A DNA stretch of 64,000 nt from Cenococcum geophilum. Taxonomy: Eukaryota. The notes under the pieces were generated by a model. The model saw only the letters and a program-made list of their open reading frames with translations. It was not told the DNA's origin and did not search any database. Location: contig CP158635.1 in NCBI GenBank assembly GCA_050273025.1, forward strand, positions 28,086,001-28,150,000, in the 5' to 3' direction. The position numbers and the translations under genes are program-made. Shown piece after piece: positions 38,494 through 50,198 of the stretch. Position 1 is the first letter of the stretch. Each line of letters begins with the position of its first letter.

Positions 38494-40912
38494 TTTGATA
38501 TTGTCCAGGTTAGGGCGTATCTAGTTCTTTAGTGCTACGGCTAGGCTAATACAGCTTAGTTAGCCCAGGGGGGCGGAAATAAGGCGGCGGCCCTATACGG
38601 TATACGCGGGAGATGGGTATAAGGTTAGGCGTTATAGTGGCGCGGTTTCTATTATCCGGGTCTTAGTAGTTCTATAGCTAGTCCTTACTATAACGCGAGC
38701 TATAGTGTGCGTATATAGTATATGGCTTAGTTTTAGGTATTAGGCTGGGCGGCTAGGGTTTAAATAGTGCCTATATTGGGGTTAGATTTTTAGTAGTAGC
38801 AGCGTAAAGCAGACCTTCTTCCTTGGTCTCGGTAGGGCTGGCTAGCCCGTTATTTTAGTCTTAAGTACTAGGGTAGTCTAGTCTTCTACTATCTCGTTTC
38901 TTTGCAGCTATATAGGCTCCTTTTTATTAGGAACGTCTTCTACTATTAGGGCTTTATATATAGTCCTAGGCACTAAGCTTAGTAGTACTAAATATCCATA
39001 TAGGGCGTCCCTATTAACGTCGGTTATCCCCTACGGAAGGCAGTACCTAGAGTAGTAGTCTAAGTTAAAATAGATTTTAAGTTTCCTAAAGCTAGGACAG
39101 GGCTTATACTTCTAAAGCTAGGGTATACCTAGGATAATTAGGGTAGCGGGCGAGAGTTTAGTAATAAAAAAGAGTATAGCTTTAGTATAGAGGCCAATTA
39201 ATATTTAGGTGGTAAAGTAGTCTGTAATAAGTAAAGTTAAAATATTATCTGCGAGGCGCAGTGGCCTAGGTGCCAGTAGCTTCTTAGTTATAATATTATA
39301 CTTTCTTATAATAGACTCTACATTAATAAATGCCATTATAGTACTACCGGAGTTCACTAGGCTTACTATATTAATATAAACTTAGGGGTATAGGTTATAT
39401 AATAAGGAGAGTTAGGTTTAAATAAGGATTAATTTCTTATTACTATTTGCTAATTTAAGATTAAGTAGCAGTTTACTAATAGAAAGAATTAATTAATCTA
39501 GTAATAGGGACCTAATCTTCTCGTCTTCCTCCTTATATAGTTTAGACCCTTAAACACGACTTAGTCTAAGGGTTTACTTTTTAACAACTAGGGTACGGGG
39601 CTGTCTTAATAGGGTAGTTCAGTGTCCGTCTAGCTAGCGGTATCGGTTTTAGTTTTAGTTAGGGTATAAAAAGATAATACCTTACTAATAATATAGCTGT
39701 ATTTGTATTCGCTAGCGTAAAGTCGCTAATACTAGGCGTTGTTAACGGGTTGGGCTCCTATATAGGGTATGGTTTAAAGTAACTAAGCTATAAGGTTAAA
39801 GGGGGGGGGTTGTCTGCCGCGGCTATAATAGGCTCCGCGGTCGCCGCGTCTATAATAGACTTTATAATCACCGCGTCCGCGATTATTAGTTCGCGTCGTT
39901 TAATAGGGTAGTATTAGGACTAAGTTTACTATCTTAGCGGGGTTATAGGCATCCTTTTAATGGCCGGGTAGGCTATAGGTAAGGTATAGTCTATTATTAA
40001 CGCGGCGCTTACGCTCCGTATCTAAGATTCTATTAAGGTCTATAGGTTCTCTAGTTACTACTAAGGTTAGGGTTAATATAGGGGCAAAGGCTTAGGCAGG
40101 TAGGCGGTAGTTAGCGTTCTTCTTAAGGTTAGCTTAGTATGTATAGTTTATAAGGTTTTTAGCAAACACATCTATCTGCTTACTCTAACCTATATAGTTA
40201 CTATTATTAATTTTATAGGCAAGTCTAAGTACCAGCTCTTCTATCTTTAGAGAGATAAACTTTTAAAGTAGGTCTACCTTTTATTTATCTATCTTTTTAG
40301 CGCGAACTATTAGCTTATTAAGCTCTCCCTTCTAAAACTAGTAATTATGCTTGCCCTAGGGGAAATGGTTAAGCTTATTCTTTATAACTTAGGTTATATT
40401 AAGGACCTTATAATAGGCAGTAAGGTCTTTAAGCATATTTTCCTTAATAGGCCATTTCTATATAAATATATTATTTAGGTTCTTGTATATAAGCTCTAGG
40501 CCTTACTTAATAAACTTATAGGCCTTGTCCTCTAGTATGTTTAAAATATAAAGGATCTAGGACTAAACTATATTAAAGTAGTCCTAGTTCTAGTTAAAGA
40601 CTCCCTTAATTTTAATATGCTAGGTCTTAAAATTAGCTTATTATTTTAGTAGGGTGCCTTTTCCGCTAAATATTAGCGGGTCTTTAGATCTCCGTTTTTT
40701 CTACTAAGTTACTACTATTATTATAGGGGTTAATTATTTTAAAATAGTAATAGTCTTTACCTAGGAGTTAATAGTTCCTATCTAAAAAGCGATAAAGGTA
40801 CTAAGGTTTTTATTAGCTTTTTTATTGGCGGTGTTTATATTATATATACACTATAGTCCTACTTTAATATTATTAAGGAACTTATTGGTATAGTTAATAA
40901 GGATAAGGTAAG

Positions 40913-43900
40913 TGTCGGAACATTAATCACGTGACGTAGTCACGGGACTACGAAGCGAGACTAACTGTCTGACCTTGGAGCAACCCCTTTCTTTTAGATA
41001 ACAATCAACTACTAACTTTAATACCGCATACGTACCACTATAAGTAATATTCGTGCACGTTAATAAAGAGAGTTATACTAACACTAATTAGTAGACGTAT
41101 AAATTAGGAAATACGTAATAGTAAAGCTTAAAACTATATATTGGCTTAACTGCTAACGCGTTAAATCGCAGAGCTATTACCCTATTTTAGTTAAAGGAGA
41201 AAACTACGTTACCCTTAAAGCTTAAAACCACGTATTAGCTTAACTGCTAACGCGTCAGATTGCCTAGAGAACCGTATCTTTACTCAAAGAGAGCTACGTT
41301 ATCCTTAAAGCTCGAGACCACGTATCAGCTCACTAATGCGCTAGATCGCCTAGAGGACCCTCAAAGCTCGAAACCACGTATTAACTTAACTATTAACGCG
41401 TTAGATCGCCTAGAGGACTATATCTCTACTAAGAATTATCTACAGTATCTAAGAACTGTAGATTTGTCGATAGGACACGTATATACCTTTACACCCTTAA
41501 CCTTAACCTCGACCACACCCCTGACCTTAACACAACCCTTAACCTCGACCTTAACCTTAACCTCAACCCCAACCTTAAACCTTAACCTTAAACTTAAACC
41601 TCTAGAACCTCTACTTAACCTTAAACCAAATACACGAAAACACGACAATATGGAAATTAACTAAAAGGAAAGAATTGCTAAATACGGCAATGGAATTAAC
41701 TTAGAGACGGCTATAGATAACGATCTAGCGGAGTATATGGAGACTAAAATACACCTATATATATAATCTAACCTTACAGACTCTTTATTATGGACAGTGT
41801 TTTAAGAAGACTTTAAGGACTTTATGCTAGAGATCTTTACACAAGTACAATCTAATACTAGAATGGGAATCCGTAAATACCTAGTTAAGAGAGGAGTATA
41901 TATTGTTAAGTAAGATAAGAGATACTCCCTTGGTAAGGTACTAACGGACGTCGCTAATAAAGAAGAGTTTCACGAATGGATAGACAAAGAGATTGGTCTA
42001 GCCCTTAATAATATTAAGCTAATAATTACTATAGCTCTGCAAGACCGACTTAATGCGACCCTAGATAAGCTCGCTGCACCACCAGCTACTCTAATTGCTG
42101 TACTGCTAGCTACTCTAATTACTGCACCACCAGCTACTCCGGTTGCTGCCCCCACTACCCCTACTACCCCCCCCAGATCTACTCCTACCGCTGCACCGCC
42201 AGCTACTCCAATTACTGCCCCCGCTACCCCTACTACTCCTCCTAGTCCTTAATCCTCTAATTACAACTAAATCCACGCTCTTATCGACTAACTGCTATGG
42301 CCAAAAAAACAGCAATTATAGCAGCTATAGCAGCCGTAGTAACCGCAGCAGCTATATATATATACACTACCTAAACTAGCTGTGCCTAGTGTAGAGTAAG
42401 GACCTAGATAAGGACCTAGATATAGTAAAGAGGTAGCTATAATTATAAAGATCTACATAGACAACCAAAAGTATAATAGAGTTAGTGATAGCTTTAACTT
42501 CAAGTTAACCATCTTTTATAACATCTGTAAGAGATCTGGCTTACTACTAGAAGGCTACACAGTAGCATTCCCTAGTATGCTAAAAGGGCTTACTTAGGAC
42601 CACTACTACAACAGCAACCTTAAGTTAAGACCTTTTACTAAAGCCTATAACCACATACGACAGTTCTTTAAAGGGCTAAAATACTACCGTAAGAACCTTA
42701 CGGAGTGGAACAGTATAACCCTTTAAGAAGTTATAGACGAGAACCCTAATAAGTTAATCTATTAGAACTTCTAACTGCTTATAGATAAACTACTAAAGCA
42801 ACGTTATAGACTATACCTAGACTTCTATATAAACCGCATTCTTATAAATAAGTTAGTTACCACTTACCAGGAAGTACTAGTATGCCATATCGCTATCTCT
42901 AACCCCTTAGAAGACCTTTCTTAGTTAATTAGTAAGCTATAATCCTCTATTATTATATAGGAAAAAGAACACCCCTTATAGGCCTTAATAAGACCGTCTT
43001 ACCAAGCCTTTTTTACGGATTGACGCTACTATTAAAATGACTAAAGTCGAGACCAAAACACTAATCGCTACGGCAGTAATCGCTCTTATAGAACCAATGG
43101 CAGACTAAAGGCCAAGTGTTATGTCTATAAGAAGGAGGACTACTATTCGTGGAAATATATAGAGGAGGAGCGTAATCGGTCCAGAGATAACTATAAGAGA
43201 CGCTTTATTAATATTAAGGGCCGTAATAAGGGCAACTTTAATAACCACTTCAAGCAATACGTCGCTGCTTGCGAAAGAGATAAAGATAATAATTTAGACT
43301 TTAAAGCCTATATATAAGACGCTAATAACTCTAAAAGCGATGCTGGAGAACCTAATAATAGTTTTACCTATATTACTACCTTTAGAACACTTACTATGGA
43401 GAAAGCAACCTCTATAAGCGTAGAGCTAGCTAATAAGGCTTATACACACCTGCTTACGGCTTTAGAACTTACTATAAAGTCTACCACAGAACCTCACACG
43501 GAGACCGACCTATTTGCCTACAGTATGGCTATAGCTATAGCGTCATAATACACCTTAACGGTCTTTATGGGAATTATAATCGATATAGGTGCTTTACGTA
43601 AGTCTATAGCTAGCTATAGTTAATTCTAAGCTCTATAGGCCGTAAATAAGTCCGTAAGTCTTAACACGTTAACTAAGGGCTAAGTAACTATCTAATTCGG
43701 GATTGGAGCCTCTACGTCTATTGGAACTATAGACATTAACAGCCCTATAGGCAAGGTATAATTCTATATTATTAAAGCAGATACTCTTTTCCTACTTTGC
43801 TTAGCAGATATAGATAGACTCTATATTAAATACGATAACCTAAAAAACGTCATTATTACTCGCACTAAAAAGGTGCCAGTAGTTAGACGATTTAGCCACC

Positions 43901-46900
43901 TATTTCTCCTATAGAGCTTCTCCCTATAGTCTTATTTAGTCGAGTCTTTTAATATAAACCCTTGCTACTTAACTAACGTAGAACTACGACGTCTACACCA
44001 TTGATTTGGTTACCCGTTAGTTAATAAACTATAAAAGCTTCTTAATAAGGCTAGCCATGGCCACGATACTAATAGATCTGCTATTAAAGAACTAACTAGA
44101 CTCTGCCACTACTGCTAGAAGTTTAGTAGACCCCTAGGTAGATTTCGCTTTACCTTATAAAACAACGTTAATTTTAATTATAATATTATCGTCGACATTA
44201 TATATATTAGCGGCTCCTCCCTACTATATATAGTTAATAAAGCAACTTAATTTTAAGCTAATAGATAGCTACAAGACATCAGCGCTAAGTATACTTAGGA
44301 CGTTCTTTAAATGTGCTAGATTAATAGCTATTTAGGACTATTAGACTTAATCACTACAGACGCTAAGAAGAACTTTATTAGTAAGGAGTTTAAGCACTAT
44401 ATAGCTACTATAGAAGCAACTATAAAGTTGGTTCTAGTCGAATCACATAATTCTATTAGAATGGTAGAACGCTACTATAGCCCGCTACGATAAGCCTACT
44501 AAATCATTATAACTAAAATCCCTAAAATTAGTAAGGAGATAGCCCTATAAATAGCCTTTAAAGCCATTAATAACGCGGCCGGCCTAGAAGGCCTAGTCCC
44601 TACACTCCTAATCTTTAGAGCCTACCCCTAAATGGTTAAATTGGACGCACTATTACCTTTAGTTATACAATAAGCTGCGGCTATTAAGAAAGCAATAGTG
44701 GAAATCTAAAAGCTATAAGCTAAACGATAGATTATTAATGCTCTTAATATGCGAAATGGACTATAAACTAACGCTATTTACGGCCTTCTACCTAGTTCGC
44801 CTGTCTTAGTCTAGAGAAAAGGCAATACTAATTAAAGTAGTTATTGGAACGGACTATATATACTACTTACCGTTAACGGCGAGACCTATACCATAAAGCT
44901 ACTAAATAGGCCTACGACCTTCCGCTCTATAGTTGTAAAACTTTATTTACTAGACCTATAAGACCTAGTCGAACCATAAGAGTCTGCCAAATTAGATAAA
45001 CCAGTACCTTTACTAGCTAAACCTCAATTATTACCTAAGGCTAAACTATAGCTACCGCCAAAGCGAGGTAGAGGTCGCCCCCGTAAATACCTATTACTTA
45101 CGGCCATTATAGATATAACTATTACGGATGCTATAATAGATATAGACGCTTTTACGGGTAATATTGCGGATATTATGGATATTATAGATATTGCTATCTA
45201 CTTATAGGACGATAATACCGCAGATATAGCTGGCACTACTATTTACTTATAGAACGATAGCAACACCCAATTTAGCGCTTTACGATAAAAGGAGGTCATA
45301 GGCCTACTTAAAAAAGGCGTCTTTAAGATTATTAAACTATACAATATACTAAAGGGGGTCAGACTCTTTAATTTACGGTTTATTAATAAGATTAAGAATA
45401 AGGGAACCAATAAAGCCTTTAAGAAATCACGACTTATCGTATAGGCCTATAATGACTTAGAGAAAGAGCTGGTCCTTACTTAGTTACTAATAATTTAATA
45501 AGTTAGCCAGCGGCTAATTCTCTATATTGCTGCTATGCTACTATAGATATAACTCTACCTTTAAGATATCTTATAAGCCTATATTTAGTCTACTACGAAC
45601 CTAAACCGCGAGTTCTACGTATAACCACTATATAAGCTAAATAAACAATTAGGAATTAATATAAACTCCGTTCTAAAGGTTATAAAGCCACTTTATAAAG
45701 TACCTAAAGCTAGGAACTACTGGTTTAAGACCTACTATTTACACTATATTAATTAGCTGTAAATGGACTAGTCTATATACAACCCTTGCTTACTCTATAG
45801 TAATAAGCCTTTTAGAATCGTCGGCCTATAGACTAATAATATACTATTCCTCGCAGATAATACCTTTATAGAGGCTAAATAAAGCAAACTATATAAGGCT
45901 AAATTTATGGCTAAGGAGCGAGAGTAATTAGCCACTAATATACCAATTAAGTTTAATGGAGGACTTATTTAATTAATATAAGATAAAAGTATTACGCTAA
46001 CGCAAAAGCGCCAGTGTAAGAACCTTAGTGTAGTTAATACTACGCTAGTAGACAGCACTAGCTCTAGAGGAGTTACGTATAGCCTACTTATACTAAAGGA
46101 CTAGTATATCGCTTAACACGCTAGAGGAGCCTATATCGCCTTAGTCTATTAGCTAGAGGCCTTATTTAACCTATTTTTTACTACCTAGGTAATTAACCTA
46201 GTTAAAGATAATATAAAGAGTCTTAATAAGCAATTAAGCTGGTAGATTAAGAATATAAATAGAGGCCTAAAGTTTATTAAGCTAGACGTTAACACCTTAT
46301 AACTCCTAGTATTTATAAACGCTTCCTTTACTAATAATAAGGACTTATCTTCATAAATTAGCTATATACTTATACTAGCAGACGCCTTAAATAAGGCAAA
46401 TATCGTCTACTAGTTCTTAATTAAGTGTAAAGAAGTTACTAGAAGTGTATTAGCCTTAGAGTTATACGGCATAGCGTATAGTTTTAATATAGGCGCTATA
46501 ATTAAATCTACGCTAGATAAGGTCTTATAGGTTAACTTACTACTTATTCTCTATACTAATTTAAAGTCTTTATATAACTATCTTATCCAACTAGAAACTA
46601 CGTAAGAGAAACGCTTAATAATTAATATAATATGCCTTCGCTAAGCTTATAAACGAAGACAGATTACTAAAGTTAAGTAAATTAATGGAGATACTAACCC
46701 TACGGACGCTATAATAAAGGGTAAGCCCTATACAGCACTATTATAGCTTATTAATACAAATTAAGTTAAATTATAGGCCGTAGGGTAGGTTAAGCAAATG
46801 GATTTAACTTTAGTTTAGCGTTAGCGCTAGTACTAAGCAAGCCAATAGCGATTTTCTATCCTGGGGATGGAAAATCCTAATTAGTTAGCAGAAGTTAGGT

Positions 46901-47202
46901 TCGGTAGAATTTGGTAGAATTCGGTATTATAGCAGAATTTGGCAGAAAGTCGCTATTGCGTATACGTTACAAGTAGTCTAGAAGACTTAACTTTGGAGTA
47001 TAGATTAGCCTTTTTTTTAGAGTTGCTCTAGTGTCGGAACATTAATTACGTAACGTAGTCACGGGACTATAAAGCGAGACTAACTGTCTAACCTTAGAGC
47101 AACCCCTTTCTTCTAAACAACAATCAACTACTAACTTCAACACCGCATACGTACCACTACAAGTAATATTCGTGCACGTTGATAAAGAGAGTTATACCGA
47201 CA
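40913..47202 (+). mobile_element. Full-length Copia (GalEa-like) element D, inserted in the gag of E
   Basis: 171-bp LTRs at 40913-41083 and 47032-47202. TSD GTAAG on both sides. CTAATTAGT follows the 5' LTR. gag ATG at 41650, zinc knuckle ~43117, PR ~43580, INT, RT, RH to ~46810. Confidence 0.95.
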
Positions 47203-50198
47203 GTAAGCTTTACTAGGCTTAAGGGTCTTAGGGTACGGTAGAAAGCGGCGGATTGTCTACGCGATATTAGGGTATATCTCTATAAAGAGGTCTATAAAAA
47301 CGTTGCGGGGGTTTTAGATTTTGGCCATTTTAGCGTTATTAGTGTCGCCTATTTAGGCGCTAGATAAAAACTAAGGATTGTTCTAGGACTGTGCTAAGGA
47401 TATATTAGTTTTAGTAGAGGCGCGTATAGGTCGCGATTGCTCTAGGGCGGAGGTTAATTAGCTAGGGTATAAGGAATTAGTAATCGCGATAGGGCGCAAA
47501 TTAAAGATACTATAAACTGTTATAGTGCTGCAATAAAGTAAACTAAATAACTACGTTATAGTATAAAGAGGGGAAGAAGGTGGAAAGGGGGTATTGTATA
47601 CAAATAGTAGGGCCGGCCGCTAAGTCGCTAGTAGTGGGCTAGCCAATAATAGGAAATAGTACGAGATAGTATAAAACAGTATGCGTTAGGTTAGTGCCGT
47701 GACAATTATTATATAATTAGTAGGGTAATATACTTGTTTTCTAGGGCAGTTACGGGGCTAATTAAGGTGTTTATAATATTGTTATAGTAAACCTATAACC
47801 TATCTATATTCGTAAGGTAAAGTAAAAAAGGGGTATCTGCTTTTACTGTATAGAAGTTAACTAGGCTAATTAGAGTCTTAACTGCGACTAATTTAATTAA
47901 TGCGGTTAAGCCGATGCCGAATTAGACGTTTACGGCCCCAGTTTATATAGTATTAATATTTATATTAATATTTATAGTGGTCTTATATATAAGGTATTAT
48001 CCATAACCTATAGTAGACTTCTTAGAAACACCTATATCGATTATAACGCTATAGAATTCTTTAGGGGTATAGCGTTCTATAGTGATATATATAAATAGGT
48101 CCTGTTTATAGTCTATAGTGTCTATAATGGGTCCAATAAGTATACCTATAGGTTGGTTTTTAGGTGCGATTAAGTGTATAAAGGAGCGGTTAGCTAATAC
48201 GGTTGTGATATTAAAGGCTTAGCCGTCCGTAAAAGGTCTAAAAGTAGTTAGGAACGTCTCTAAGGTCTCCTATTCCTAAGTATTTAAGTTAAAGTTAATT
48301 ATAAGGGCTTCCATTAACTTGTTAAGAGACTCCTTTACTTCCTTTCCTTTATAGTTTAAGATAAACTAGTTAATCTAATTGTTAAATATCTTTTTAGACT
48401 TATTACGTTCTTTCTAGGTATATTTTATAAACCAATATTCTTCCTTACTATATATAAAGCACTTCTAACTGGTTTGTCTATAGGGGTATACTTTTATATA
48501 GGAGTTACTATAGGTTTATAGGTGGGACTTAGTTAGTACAGGTACTGCTAGCGGTAGCGGCGGTCCGTAAAGTAGGTATTTAAGTTAGTTTATAGGTTTT
48601 GTAGGTCCGTAATAAAGGCTTAAGTACTACCTAGCGGGTTTAAGACTTCGTATGTTATAATAGAGGACCATAAATTATTAATAAGGCCAGTTAAGGTGTC
48701 TGCAGGCTTATAATAGGCGTATTTATAGGGTTCCACTTCCTAGTAGGCTGTAATAAGTTTATTATACAGGAAGTTGTCTATTTGAAGCTTAGTATTAAGG
48801 CCGTGCTATAGGTGCTAAAGGTCTTTAATAAGAATTTATAGGCACTTTATAGTCGATTTTTCGGTGTTCTTATTAATTATGGTCCGTAACTTAATCGCAT
48901 TCCATTGTGTAAGGATATTACGCTTATATTCTAGCCCTTTAAAGTAGTTACGTATAGCTTTACATAGCTTATTAAAGGGGACACTAAGGGGGTTGCTTTT
49001 AAGGTTGGTGTAATAGTAGTTAAGGGCTAGGCCGCGCAGCATAGTAGAATAGGCTTAGTTAAATTCCTATTTAGGAATATCAGCCTTCTGACAGAGGTCC
49101 GTAAAGATAGTTAGTTTAAAGTTAAAGTTATCGTTTTTACCGCTGTACTTGGATTTGTTAGTATAGAGCTTAGCTAGGTTAGCTAGCTCCTTACCGTAGG
49201 TCTTTACTTAGGTATTAGGCATAAGTTTCGTTAGTACGTCCCGTCTGACATGGATTATTGACAAGGATAAGACAGGCCATCCGACCAACGATGTGTGATA
49301 ATCTTTTAAAGTAACCAATGAGAAAAAAGGAATTCTTCTGCCAAGCTCCGCGCATGCTAACGAAACTTATTGACCCGAGTTTACGAGTGGTCTATTACTT
49401 TCGGGTCCTGGATTTCAAACTTTCGCCAAGCCAGCTTCTGATTGCTTAGAAAAAAAACTTGCGGACGGTAGGTTATAGCAGAATCCACGTGACGAACATT
49501 AAAATATTATAAACGTTAAAATATCTATTACAAATATGAAGAATTGCATTATCGGGGGCTCCAAGACGTCGGAAATTTGTGGCAGCCTCACTGGATGGTA
49601 ACAAAAGAATTCTAAGCGAGTGATCAGCAAAAAGTGAAAACCAGCTGTTTATTTCGCAGAAACATATTAAGAAGTTATAGCATAGCAACAAGCAGTTTTG
49701 TGTTGAAGTGGACCACCGCTCAAGGTTGAAGTAAACTCGGCGACTATCTCCGAGATTCCCCCGCGCCTTAATACTCAACACCTTGTAAACCTTAACCCAG
49801 CTCCACATCCCCTGTATTCTTGACTTCTCTCGAGGATCCTAATTTTTGACCATCACACACCAGAATACATCTTGAAGTAACCTTTAGGGGCTTAGTGTTT
49901 CTTCACAATCAAAATAGATCATCGTCAAACGCCAAGAGATCTCCCGCAGAATAGGCGCTAACCGTTTCAGCTCTTCAAAATGATTCGTCGTCGACTGCGC
50001 ATATGGCATAGCAGCCGACCCGCTCAAGCGGCTCTTGATCTGGAAATTGCATGCGGTTTTACGCGCTGCTGTGCCTCATGGACATACCTCTTTATGTAGT
50101 AATTCGCTCTTGATTCTTTCCACAAGTTTTCCATCGCCTTCTCGCTTCCTTCACAGTCCTGTTGTTCTCTGCCACGTCTGCACCCATTGACGGCCATC

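Larger units (their letters stand above)
20663..47704 (-). mobile_element. Ty3/Gypsy chromovirus-like element E, hosting F(+G), a solo LTR and D
   Basis: 187-bp LTRs at 20663-20849 and 47518-47704. TSD ATTAT on both sides. PPT ggggagaggagtac (minus strand) at 20850-20863. Minus-strand order is gag (~39560-40900), PR (~39350), RT (YLNN = RIP form of YLDD, ~37370), RH, INT, chromodomain (~34900-35040). Confidence 0.93.
1..49240. other. RIP-degenerated, gene-free nested retrotransposon block (AT-rich compartment)
   Basis: Strong TpA excess and CpA/TpG depletion. LTR pairs differ by C>T/G>A. Recognisable gag/PR/INT/RT/RH motifs are broken by TAA/TAG. Abrupt change to balanced GC and intact ORFs after ~49,240. 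Confidence 0.97.
17428..49240 (-). mobile_element. Copia (GalEa-like) element B, 5'-truncated and split by Gypsy E (own segments ~17428-20662 and 47705-~49240)
   Basis: Minus-strand RH/RT/INT at ~17870-20660 continues in register after the ATTAT TSD at 47705 through PR (~48030) and gag (YGKELANL at ~49190). Probable 3' LTR ~17428-17647, starting after ...ccgctag|. No 5' LTR found. Confidence 0.85.

Noticed and set aside
41494..41605. Interstitial telomeric repeat
   Set aside because: Units are CCTTAA/CCTCGA/CCTCAA rather than CCCTAA and lie inside the leader of element D. Probably a RIP-altered microsatellite.
2823..49042. Short track ORFs in the AT-rich block as host genes
   Set aside because: They are either stop-free fragments of RIP'd gag/pol (e.g. 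28985-29179, 48836-49042, 11543-11887) or Leu/Ile-rich antisense and off-frame artefacts. Only those discussed as findings show independent signals.
1..49240. Centromere or Starship/giant-element assignment for the block
   Set aside because: AT-rich nested LTR blocks also occur on chromosome arms. No tyrosine-recombinase captain or cargo genes were seen, and centromere status cannot be judged from sequence alone.
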